Origin: an uncultured Acidobacteriota bacterium
GTDB lineage: Bacteria; Acidobacteriota; UBA6911
Length of the DNA stretch: 64,000 nucleotides
Assembly (NCBI GenBank): GCA_963809485.1
Contig: CAWEJX010000006.1
Location: 192,001 to 256,000, forward strand
Direction of reading: 5' to 3'
Positions 1-8,231 of this stretch are shown here, piece after piece. Each line of letters begins with the position of its first letter. The first letter of the stretch is position 1. A program made the position numbers and the translations under genes. The notes beneath the pieces were generated by a model, which made no database searches, was not told the origin of the DNA, and saw only the letters and a list, made by a program, of their open reading frames with translations.

Positions 1-145
1 TTTGATAAAGAAATTCGGGAAGACCGGCGTTGCCGGCTCCCTGCACGCGGACCCGCAAGGCAGCCATGTCTGCGGCTGAAATGCGAAGTGTGCTAAGAGG
101 CAGTGCCTGGATGTCTTTGTCTTTGCTGTTATTATGCGATCTCAT
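1..145 (-). CDS. Possible partial hypothetical protein running off the window edge
   Basis: Open frame from ATG at 145 (MRSHNNSKDKDIQALPLSTLRISAADMAALR...) to position 1; no recognisable motif. Confidence 0.25.
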   Translation of the reverse strand, partial: MRSHNNSKDKDIQALPLSTLRISAADMAALRVRVQGAGNAGLPEFLYQ

Positions 146-266
146 CTTCTCGGGCCGGCAATAAGTCGTTTATTCGCCGCAAGAATAGCATCGGGACGGC
201 ATATCTCACCAGAAATTGATGGGATTTGTTTCCTGGCCCTCGTTTTCGGAATCGCGGCCCAATTAC

Positions 267-498
267 ATTGGTAAACCGGCTCTGCCGGGGGACTCAAAGA
301 GTTTGACAGCTCCGTATTTTGAAACGCCGAGAAACGCTGATAAAAGCGCTGACAAACACCGATTTGTTCGGCGGGGATCGGAAACGCCTCATCGGCTTTT
401 GCCCGCGTAAGTCAGCGTTCAAGACCGGCGTAACTTCTCCAACCGCTTTGAGCGGTTCAAATTTTTCAAGCCTCCGGCTTTGCCGGAGCTACCTGACT
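267..498 (+). mobile_element. Non-autonomous IS200/IS605-type miniature element (PATE-like), copy 1
   Basis: Left end TTGGTAAACCGGCTCTGCCGGGGGACTCAAAGAGTTTGACA; right end AACCGCTTTGAGCGGTT...AAGCCTCCGGCTTTGCCGGAGCTACCTGAC. Subterminal hairpins resemble IS200-type ends; second copy at 21672-21893; no tnpA inside. Confidence 0.75.
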
Positions 499-545
499 CG
501 TGATTTCTCCTAACGTCTCCGGCCCTTGCGACCGATTGAACACAC

Positions 546-839
546 ATGAACAGGCGAAATCGAGCCCGGTTTAAAACCGACCTGACAGCCCATGTGACCC
601 TCGCCGGCCTTTCAGGCGCAACCTTCAAGGGAAGGCTGGCGGACCTTTCGGTCCACGGTCTCAGTTTGATCCTGAGCATGGAACTGCCGATTGGTTCCCG
701 CGTCAAGGTCGAATGGGGGAACACCACATTTGAAGGGGAATCGATTTACTGCCGGAACCAGGGCAAAGAATATCTTGTGGGACTAAAGGTCGACGCCGCC
801 GTTTATGCCGCCACGAAAAACCTTCGTCCCGTTCAATAG
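546..839 (+). CDS. Stand-alone PilZ domain protein (c-di-GMP receptor)
   Basis: RRNRAR (RxxxR) and DLSVHG (D/NxSxxG) motifs, 97 aa. Confidence 0.85.
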   Translation: MNRRNRARFKTDLTAHVTLAGLSGATFKGRLADLSVHGLSLILSMELPIGSRVKVEWGNTTFEGESIYCRNQGKEYLVGLKVDAAVYAATKNLRPVQ

Positions 840-962
840 CCGCCTTTTGTCCACGCAAAACTCCACCCATCCAATGGGAGAACACCTGCTCCCCCGGTGA
901 GGCAGTATCCGTTTAGCAGATACCGGCGAATTCCCATTCCCCGCTGTTCTAACAAAAATACT

Positions 963-1037
963 GAATATCGAATTTCGAATGTCGAACCGCAGAAGAATTT
1001 CGAAATTCGCCATTCGTTATCCGACATTCTGCGGTTC
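963..1037. repeat. Heptamer-built palindromic intergenic repeat, family A copy 1
   Basis: GAATATC-GAATTTC-GAATGTC-GAACCGCAGAA...ATTCTGCGGTTC; homologous to 12205-12295. Confidence 0.8.
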
Positions 1038-1112
1038 TGGAGGAGGACACTTCCTTTATACCCTTTCTGTTCCCTGAAGCAGAGGGTTCCTCCAAATTTC
1101 CAGATACTGTCT

Positions 1113-1931
1113 CTATCTGAAGGTGATCCTGGGTTTCTGGCGTTCCGGGAGCCTATAGTACTTCACGTCGGGATAGCCGAGCATCAGCGCATAGTGGTGC
1201 GGATGGTCCGCAGGTATGCCGACAGCGGCTTTCACGGAGGGATTCGCGAGAAGAGCGCCATGAAGCAAGCCGGCCCAGCAAGTGCCCAGCCCCATGGCCG
1301 GTGCCATCAGTTCGAGATATGACAGCGCCAGGGTCAGGTCTACCATGCCGTTCATGGCTTCCCTCGGCGCCGAAGCCACGATGAGAACCGGCGCATCCCT
1401 GAGCACGCAATCATGTCCGGCTTCCCAGGCAGTGATCAATGGCAGCAAATAGGAATTTTCTTCCGCCGCCTGGGGATCCTTGAGGATCTGTCGCATCCAT
1501 TTTATGGTGAGGCCGGATATATTTCTGAGATGGGATTTGTCGCTCAATACCAGCCATTCGACCGGCTGTCGGTTGGCTCCCGTGGGGGCGTAGCGGGCAA
1601 CTTCAATCAGCCGCTGGATTTTATCTTTTTCTACGGGGATATTTTTATAGCGGCGGATGGACCGCCGGGAGCGCAAAAACTGCACGGCCTGGGCCTCATT
1701 GATGCGAAGCTCCTCCCTTATTTCGGGCGAGTCTTTCGCCAGGACCTGCTCATGGCTCAGGGCTCCATGAGGGCAGACGGCCACACAGTGTCCGCAAACC
1801 AGGCATATCCCGTCGCGGGCTATCTCGGGGCAACCATCCTCTTTTCGGAGTTGAATGACAGTCGTGGGGCACTCCCGCGCGCAGATCCCGTCTTTTTGGC
1901 ATTTGCTCTCATCAACGATAAGATAATCCAT
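1113..1931 (-). CDS. Nitroreductase family protein with N-terminal 4Fe-4S ferredoxin domain
   Basis: CQKDGICARECP and CLVCGHCVAVCP clusters; RRSIRRY, APTGANRQP, GLGTCW; ATG 1931 after GGGAGGGAG. Confidence 0.9.
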   Translation of the reverse strand: MDYLIVDESKCQKDGICARECPTTVIQLRKEDGCPEIARDGICLVCGHCVAVCPHGALSHEQVLAKDSPEIREELRINEAQAVQFLRSRRSIRRYKNIPVEKDKIQRLIEVARYAPTGANRQPVEWLVLSDKSHLRNISGLTIKWMRQILKDPQAAEENSYLLPLITAWEAGHDCVLRDAPVLIVASAPREAMNGMVDLTLALSYLELMAPAMGLGTCWAGLLHGALLANPSVKAAVGIPADHPHHYALMLGYPDVKYYRLPERQKPRITFR

Positions 1932-2213
1932 GGCTCCCTCCCGGTTTTGCAGCGAATAGATTCCAGACAGCAATGAACGCTGCGACTCCGAGCATAGTGG
2001 GCGCAACTCCCTTTGTCAAATTGATGCCTTGGGGGCTTAGGACCCGTCTGACGGCTGTATTTTGGCAAAGCCAACTGTGTTTTCCTGAAACCCTGTCGGC
2101 GGGAACACGTAGTTCTGACTGGCATAGCCGAAATCTGCATTTGCGACAATGCCCCCCTTTGGTTGTAAAATCGACCGGGCTCGTGCATCATCCATGGTGT
2201 CAGGAGGATTTAG

Positions 2214-4115
2214 ATGAGATACTGCTGCTTCAAGCCGGCCTTGTTAATCGCCCTGTGCGCAACCTGGCTGTCTCCCCAGGCATACCTATTCGCGCAATCC
2301 CAGGATCAGGACTTTCCCCAGATAAGCAACTACAAGACCAATGACTCCGGATTTTTCTCAGGCGTTTTCGGGATCTACCAGGAGAAAACTGTTCCGCCCC
2401 TGGTCCTGGATAACTCACCAAGAATTGGGGGGCTTATCCAGGAGGGCAAACTGAAGCTTACGCTTGCCGATGCCATGGCGCTGGCACTGGAAAATAACCT
2501 GGATATAGCCGTGCAGCGCTTTATACCGGAGTATTCCCAGACAGACCTGCTGCGCAGCAAAGCCGGGCAGTCGCCGCGCGGCTTCACGGGCGGCACAACG
2601 CCGGGCGGGCTTACCGCGGGGGCTCTGGGCGCAGGTATTACGGGAACGGGCGCCGGCTCGGGAGTCGGAAGCGCGGGCGGCATCACGGGAGGTGGGGGAG
2701 CCGTGCAGGTTGGAGCGGCCGGCAATTTTGACCCTACCTTAAACGTTAATTTCAGCTATGACCACGTCAAATCCCCGTTGAACACCAAAGTCGTTTCGGG
2801 GATATATGACGTTACCGGGGAAAATACGGCATTCTCGACCAGCTATGCCCAACTCTTCTCTCTCGGCACCAGCTTTACGCTCAACCTGAATATGCAGGCG
2901 CAAAACTCCACCCAGCAGAACCTGTTGTACAATCCCGCATCCGTTTCGCGCTTTGCGTTCGGGATCAACCAGCCGCTGCTGAACGGTTTCGGGCGCCTTT
3001 ACAACGAACGCTACATTACAGTGGCCCGCAACAACACGAATGTCGCGGAGCATGTCTTCCGGCAGCAGGTCATCAACACGATCGTGGCCGTCGAAAATGC
3101 CTACTGGGACCTCGCCTCGCTTCAGCAGAGCGTGCGTGTGGCCGAGCGGTCGCTGGCCGTTGCTCAGCAGCTTCTAAAAGACAATCAGATCCGCCTGGAA
3201 GTCGGCACCATGTCGCCGCTCGACGTTACTTCGGCCGAGTCGGAAGTGGCCGCTCGTACCAGGGATTTGACGGTCGCTTCCACCAATTTGCAGCTTCAGG
3301 AAGCTACGCTGAAAAACATGCTGGTCAAAAGGGTTAGTCCTGAGCTGGATACAGCCAGCATTGAACTCAAGGACCCCATGCCTGAACCCAAACAGGCGGA
3401 TACCCCTGAGCTTGAAAGCGCCCTGACCACGGCTATGGAATCGCGCCCCGAATTGAAGCAGGCCGACATGAATTTAACCAACCAGGACATTTCCGTGCGC
3501 TTCACCGAACAGGCCCTGAAGCCGAGCCTGTCGATTTTCGGCTTCTATGCCGGGGCCGGGCTGCAGGGCACCACAGCAGAAACCACTACGGGAATGATAG
3601 ACGCTCTGGGCCAAAGCTTCAAAGCCGAGTATCCCGAATATGCCGGTGGGCTTAGCCTGGGCTTCCCGATTCGCAACCGCACGGCCCAGGCGGACAACCT
3701 GCGTTCCCAGCTGGAAAAAAACCAGCTGCTGATCGTGCGGCAGCGGTCGCGCAACACAATTGCCCTGGAAGTGCGCAAGGCCATCATCGGGTTGATCCAG
3801 GGCAAAGCGCAGGTGGAGGCCGCGCAGAAGGCGACCAAACTGGCGCGCGAGATGTGGGAAGGAGAGAAGATCAAGCTGGAGGCAGGCGCATCCACCTCCT
3901 ATGACGTGATCCTGCGGGAACGGGATTATATCAACGCACTGTATGCGGAAGTCGGGGCCAGGATCACCTATGTGAAAGCGATGGTGGAAATGGATAGAGC
4001 ACGGGGTGTGACGCTGGAGCGCAATGGCATCGAATACGCCGACGCTTTAAGCGGAACTCTTGCCAAGCCTCCAGTAACCCGATTCAACATTTCCGGATCG
4101 AAGGAGGGCAATTGA
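2214..4115 (+). CDS. TolC family outer membrane protein with Gly-rich insert
   Basis: Signal peptide; LTLADAMALALENNLDI, VENAYWDL, EAGASTSYDVI OEP-type repeats. Confidence 0.88.
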   Translation: MRYCCFKPALLIALCATWLSPQAYLFAQSQDQDFPQISNYKTNDSGFFSGVFGIYQEKTVPPLVLDNSPRIGGLIQEGKLKLTLADAMALALENNLDIAVQRFIPEYSQTDLLRSKAGQSPRGFTGGTTPGGLTAGALGAGITGTGAGSGVGSAGGITGGGGAVQVGAAGNFDPTLNVNFSYDHVKSPLNTKVVSGIYDVTGENTAFSTSYAQLFSLGTSFTLNLNMQAQNSTQQNLLYNPASVSRFAFGINQPLLNGFGRLYNERYITVARNNTNVAEHVFRQQVINTIVAVENAYWDLASLQQSVRVAERSLAVAQQLLKDNQIRLEVGTMSPLDVTSAESEVAARTRDLTVASTNLQLQEATLKNMLVKRVSPELDTASIELKDPMPEPKQADTPELESALTTAMESRPELKQADMNLTNQDISVRFTEQALKPSLSIFGFYAGAGLQGTTAETTTGMIDALGQSFKAEYPEYAGGLSLGFPIRNRTAQADNLRSQLEKNQLLIVRQRSRNTIALEVRKAIIGLIQGKAQVEAAQKATKLAREMWEGEKIKLEAGASTSYDVILRERDYINALYAEVGARITYVKAMVEMDRARGVTLERNGIEYADALSGTLAKPPVTRFNISGSKEGN

Positions 4116-5992
4116 TGACTCCCTCGATGCCCGACAGGGGAATGGAACGGATCGCGCCCCGAATTGCGCGGGCTTCTCTCGGACGCGCATTCTGGCTGAT
4201 ACTGATGGCGGGCTGCATTTCGCTGCCCTGCGCCGCCCAGGGGGGATTGAAGTATGATGCCGACTTCAGCAAAAATCCCGAGTGGTTTCCCCGAATACAA
4301 AAGCCCTATGTGATGCGGTCTATTCCGGAGGTCGAACTGAAAAACTCGACAAACCTCTGGCAGCTCATTCAGGACGGGAAGCTCCGGCTGTCCCTGGACC
4401 AACTGAAGACCGCCGTCACCGACAACAATCTCGATATTCTATCGTCGAAGAACACCGCAAGATATGCTCAAACCGATATGCTGAGGGCCAAGGGCGGGGG
4501 CGCACCGCGGGGCGGAGCAGGCGTCCAGATACCCAGCAGCCTGTTTGCAGGGGCGATCGGAGCGGGCGTCGGAGGCGCAGGCGGCCTGGGCGGATTCGGA
4601 TCGGCAGGCGGAATTACCGGGGGGGCGCGCCAGGTATTCGGCTTTTCACGCGGGAGCTACGATCCATCGTTCGCACTGGGACTCAGCTTCGACCGGACGA
4701 ACAGCCCGCTGAACACGATCATCGTGTCAGGGGTGCCGCAGGTGACCACGGCCTCCACGGCGCTGCAAACCCGCTATTCGCAGGCCTTCACCACCGGGTC
4801 CAGTCTCAGCGTCTCCTTCAACAATATGCGCCAGAGCTCAACCCAGCAATTTCTGCTCTACAATCCCGATTTTGTTTCCCAGCTTTCCGTAAGTTTTACG
4901 CAGCAGTTGCTGAGTGGATTCGGCAGCAATGTGGGCCGGCGCTTCATTGAAACCGCAAGGCGGGAGATGGACGCCGCAAAGGAAGTGGTGCGGTTGCAGG
5001 TCAACACGACGATGGCGCAGGCTCAGAACACTTACTGGGACCTGGTTGCTGCCCGGGAAAATGTTCATGTTGCGGAGCAATCGCTGGAGGTTGCGCAGCA
5101 CTTTTTCGAGGACAACAAGGTCCGGGAAGAGGTGGGCACGGTTTCGGGCCTGGAGGTTGTGACGGCGGAATCGGAAGTCGCGGCCCGCCAGCGCGACCTG
5201 GTAAGTGCCCAGACCACGATGCAGATGCGTGAGGTCGAGCTGAAAAATTTTATCAGCAAGGACCTGAGGGACATTTTGGGCACTGTGCCCATCGAGCCCA
5301 CGGATGCTCTGCCGGAACCCAAAGACAGCGACATTCCCAAAATAAACGACGCCATGGCCATCGCCATGGCCAACCGTCCGGAGATCCACCAGGCGGAGAC
5401 AAATATACTGATTCAGGATATTGCGATCCGTTATGGTAAGGATCTTTTGAAGCCGACCCTGCTGTTTTTCGCCAATTTCAACAGCGCCGGCCTTTATGGC
5501 GACCGAACGATTGAAAATCCGGATGGCACCCGCATCGTCCTCCCCGGAGGCTTGTCGCAGGCAATCTCCCAGGTGGGCAGATGGCGCTATCCCGAGTACG
5601 CGGTCGGCTTATCCTTTTCTCTGAATATTCGCAACCGGGCTGCCGAGGCGGATTTATACAGGGCAAAGAGAGAGAAGCAGCAGACGGAAACCGGCCTGCA
5701 GCGCACGCGCAACAGCATCGCGCTGGAAGTGCGCAAGGCCATGATCGGCCTGGCTCAGGCGAAAGCGCGGGTGGAAGCAGCTCACAAGGCTGTGGAACTC
5801 AGCGGCCAGGCGCTCGCGGCCGAGGAAGCCAGGCTGCTGGAAGGAGTCGCGATCCCCTACGATGTCATACGACGGCAGCGCGATTTCCGGTCCGCCCGGT
5901 TTGCAGAAGTGCAGTCCCTGGCCAATTATGCCAAAGCCCTGGTCGAACGCGACCGCGCAATGGGCGTCCTGGAACCGGCCGCAACCAAATGA
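4112..5992 (+). CDS. TolC family outer membrane protein, paralog 2
   Basis: Same architecture as the upstream gene (QNTYWDL, ALEVRKA); overlaps its stop; start uncertain. Confidence 0.85.
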   Translation: MMTPSMPDRGMERIAPRIARASLGRAFWLILMAGCISLPCAAQGGLKYDADFSKNPEWFPRIQKPYVMRSIPEVELKNSTNLWQLIQDGKLRLSLDQLKTAVTDNNLDILSSKNTARYAQTDMLRAKGGGAPRGGAGVQIPSSLFAGAIGAGVGGAGGLGGFGSAGGITGGARQVFGFSRGSYDPSFALGLSFDRTNSPLNTIIVSGVPQVTTASTALQTRYSQAFTTGSSLSVSFNNMRQSSTQQFLLYNPDFVSQLSVSFTQQLLSGFGSNVGRRFIETARREMDAAKEVVRLQVNTTMAQAQNTYWDLVAARENVHVAEQSLEVAQHFFEDNKVREEVGTVSGLEVVTAESEVAARQRDLVSAQTTMQMREVELKNFISKDLRDILGTVPIEPTDALPEPKDSDIPKINDAMAIAMANRPEIHQAETNILIQDIAIRYGKDLLKPTLLFFANFNSAGLYGDRTIENPDGTRIVLPGGLSQAISQVGRWRYPEYAVGLSFSLNIRNRAAEADLYRAKREKQQTETGLQRTRNSIALEVRKAMIGLAQAKARVEAAHKAVELSGQALAAEEARLLEGVAIPYDVIRRQRDFRSARFAEVQSLANYAKALVERDRAMGVLEPAATK

Positions 5993-6294
5993 CGAATGAC
6001 GAATTTCGAATGACGAATTGAATCAGACCTCCTTATTCCAGAAGCTGGAATATACAATCCGTCATTCACCGGACTTGGCTTTTGACAGAGAGATGAATCA
6101 CGCAGCGTGTTCATAGATTGCGATCCACCATGGCGCGCAATCCGGCTTTGAGGGTGAATCATGAATTGTGAAGTACAGGCTCTTGCCCGTCGTTAAATCG
6201 CAATAAGCCGTGCAGCCGAAGAATTACTAATAGAGAAATCGACTACCCACCCGTATGGCCTAATTCGTAATTCGTCAATCGTAAATCGTCATTC
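5988..6294. repeat. Inverted pair of AATGACG/AATTACG heptamer arrays (5988-6019 and 6261-6294) around a ~240 bp spacer
   Basis: AATGACGAATGACGAATTTCGAATGACGAATT and TAATTCGTAATTCGTCAATCGTAAATCGTCATTC; each arm overlaps the stop codon of a convergent gene. Confidence 0.75.
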
Positions 6295-7860
6295 TGTTTT
6301 GTCCTGGTCTTTCAGCAGCTTGTACCTTACGCCGTCGGCGAGCGCGTGATAGCTGGCTTCCAGGATGTCTTCCGACACGCCGACAGTGGTCCAGCTTTCC
6401 TCTCCATCGGTCTGCTGGATATGAACTCTCACCCTGGAGCCGGTGCCCTGGCTCCCTTCCAGCACGCGCACTTTGTAATCCGTCAGCTGCAGGCAGTGCA
6501 ACGATTTGAAAAACTGATTGAGCGCCGCGTGAAGAGCCTTGTCCAGGGCATGCACGGGGCCGTCCCCTTCCGCGACCGTGTGCACGAACCTGTCGCCGAC
6601 GCGGATCTTTACGGTTGCTTCGGAAGTGACCTCCCCGCTGCGGTGCATGTTGGTGACGACACGGAAATTATCGATGGTGAAGAACTCCTTCTCGCCGTTC
6701 AGCGCCGTCTCGAGGAGCACACGCACGGAGGCCTCGGCCGCTTCAAACTCGTAACCCTGGTTTTCGAGCTTTTTGATCCTGTTCAATGCCGGCCTCAACT
6801 TTTCCTCATTTTCGGAGATTTTCAGGTTCATTTCCCTGGCTTTGAACAGCAGGTTGCTTTTCCCCGATAATTCCGAGACAAGGACGCGCCGGGCGTTGCC
6901 GACCCGTTCGGGAGTCACATGCTCGTAAGTTGCCGCATCCCGGATCACGGCGCTTACATGGACTCCGCCTTTGTGAGCAAATGCGCTTTCGCCGACGAAC
7001 GGCAGGTCCTTCCGGTGGGGCAGGTTGGCTATCTGACTTATAAACCGGGAGGTGCTGGCCAGACGCTTCAGCCGCTCGGGCCCGATGACGCTATGGCCCA
7101 TCTTGATCTCGAGGTTGGGAATGATCGAGCACAGGTTGGCGTTTCCGCAGCGTTCGCCGTATCCGTTCATAGTGCCCTGCACTTGAACAATGCCGCACTC
7201 CACGGCAGCCAGCGTATTCGCCACTGCGAGCTCGGAATCATTGTGGCAATGAATGCCCAGCGGGAGTTGGATCACTGACTGGACGCGGCGGATCGCATTC
7301 TGTATATGAGCCGGCAGGCTCCCGCCATTGGTATCGCAGAGAACTATGATCCCGGCGCCCCCCTCTTCGGCCGCGCGCAGGGTCTGAAGAGCGTACTCCG
7401 GATTGGCGGAGAATCCGTCGAAGAAGTGTTCCGCATCGTAGACCACCTCTCTGCCTTTTGATCGGATATACGCGACGGACGCCTTGATGAGTTCGCAGTT
7501 CCTGTTGAGCGGGATCCGCAGCGCCGTCGTCACGTGAAAATCCCACGATTTGCCGAATATTGTGACAACGGGGGTTGCGGCATTCAGCAAGGCCTGCAGG
7601 TTGGGATCCGAATCCGTCAGATTGCCGGCATGCGCCGTGCTGCCGAAGGCGGCAATTTTGGCTGTGTGCCAGGTTTGAGCAGCCGCACGGGAAAAGAATT
7701 CGGCGTCCTTGTCATTGGAACCCGGCCATCCGCCCTCAATGTAGCTGATACCGAAATCGTCCAGCCTGCGGGCCACTCTGAGTTTGTCCTGCACGGTGAA
7801 GGCCACGCTCTCGCCCTGGGTTCCATCCCTCAATGTCGTATCGTAAATTTGTATATTCAC
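6289..7860 (-). CDS. cimA: Citramalate synthase
   Basis: YDTTLRDGTQGE, IEGGWPGSN, FGKSWDFHV, YDAEHFFDG, AFAHKGGVH; LeuA-type allosteric C-terminus; GTG start. Confidence 0.93.
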   Translation of the reverse strand: MNIQIYDTTLRDGTQGESVAFTVQDKLRVARRLDDFGISYIEGGWPGSNDKDAEFFSRAAAQTWHTAKIAAFGSTAHAGNLTDSDPNLQALLNAATPVVTIFGKSWDFHVTTALRIPLNRNCELIKASVAYIRSKGREVVYDAEHFFDGFSANPEYALQTLRAAEEGGAGIIVLCDTNGGSLPAHIQNAIRRVQSVIQLPLGIHCHNDSELAVANTLAAVECGIVQVQGTMNGYGERCGNANLCSIIPNLEIKMGHSVIGPERLKRLASTSRFISQIANLPHRKDLPFVGESAFAHKGGVHVSAVIRDAATYEHVTPERVGNARRVLVSELSGKSNLLFKAREMNLKISENEEKLRPALNRIKKLENQGYEFEAAEASVRVLLETALNGEKEFFTIDNFRVVTNMHRSGEVTSEATVKIRVGDRFVHTVAEGDGPVHALDKALHAALNQFFKSLHCLQLTDYKVRVLEGSQGTGSRVRVHIQQTDGEESWTTVGVSEDILEASYHALADGVRYKLLKDQDKTE

Positions 7861-7885
7861 TCGAGTCTCCGTTTAAGCTCCGATC

Positions 7886-7922
7886 AAAAAAAAAGCCCTC
7901 AACCGGATGGCGGATGAGGGCT
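7886..7922 (-). terminator. Rho-independent attenuator terminator upstream of cimA
   Basis: Minus strand AGCCCTCA-TCCGCCATCCGGT-TGAGGGCT followed by a T run (A tract 7886-7894), 25 nt before the cimA start. Confidence 0.88.
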
Positions 7923-7946
7923 CGGTGCACGCACCTTGGCCGGCCT

Positions 7947-8009
7947 CTATCCGCCGGGCGAAATCCCGGTAATGCTGATAATGGCGATGCCGGCAAGCAT
8001 AGTATTCAT
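7947..8009 (-). CDS. Ile-rich leader peptide of cimA (MNTMLAGIAIISITGISPGG)
   Basis: 20 codons with 5 Ile in 9 positions; the 3' end GGCGGATAGAGG can pair with CCTCATCCGCC of the terminator. Confidence 0.8.
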   Translation of the reverse strand: MNTMLAGIAIISITGISPGG

Positions 8010-8231
8010 GAAACGAGCCCTGGAATATATATCGACATTACATTGCCATACCGCAATCCCTCTTGCAAACAAAAATGAAGGACCGCCGACAGGCAACGGG
8101 CAAAGACAGCCATAGACTGCGCAGCTTGTGATCGAGAACCGCGCGGCCCATGGCCGCCTTTTTCCTTGACAAATTTTGGCTGTTTCCGTAAGAGGGACAT
8201 GCCCGGATAGCATTATGGACAGGCGCTTTGC

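Noticed and set aside
2030-2110. c-di-GMP-I riboswitch
   Set aside because: Only fragmentary matches (GGCAAAGCC, ACGGGTCCTAAG) on opposite strands; the two-stem architecture is missing
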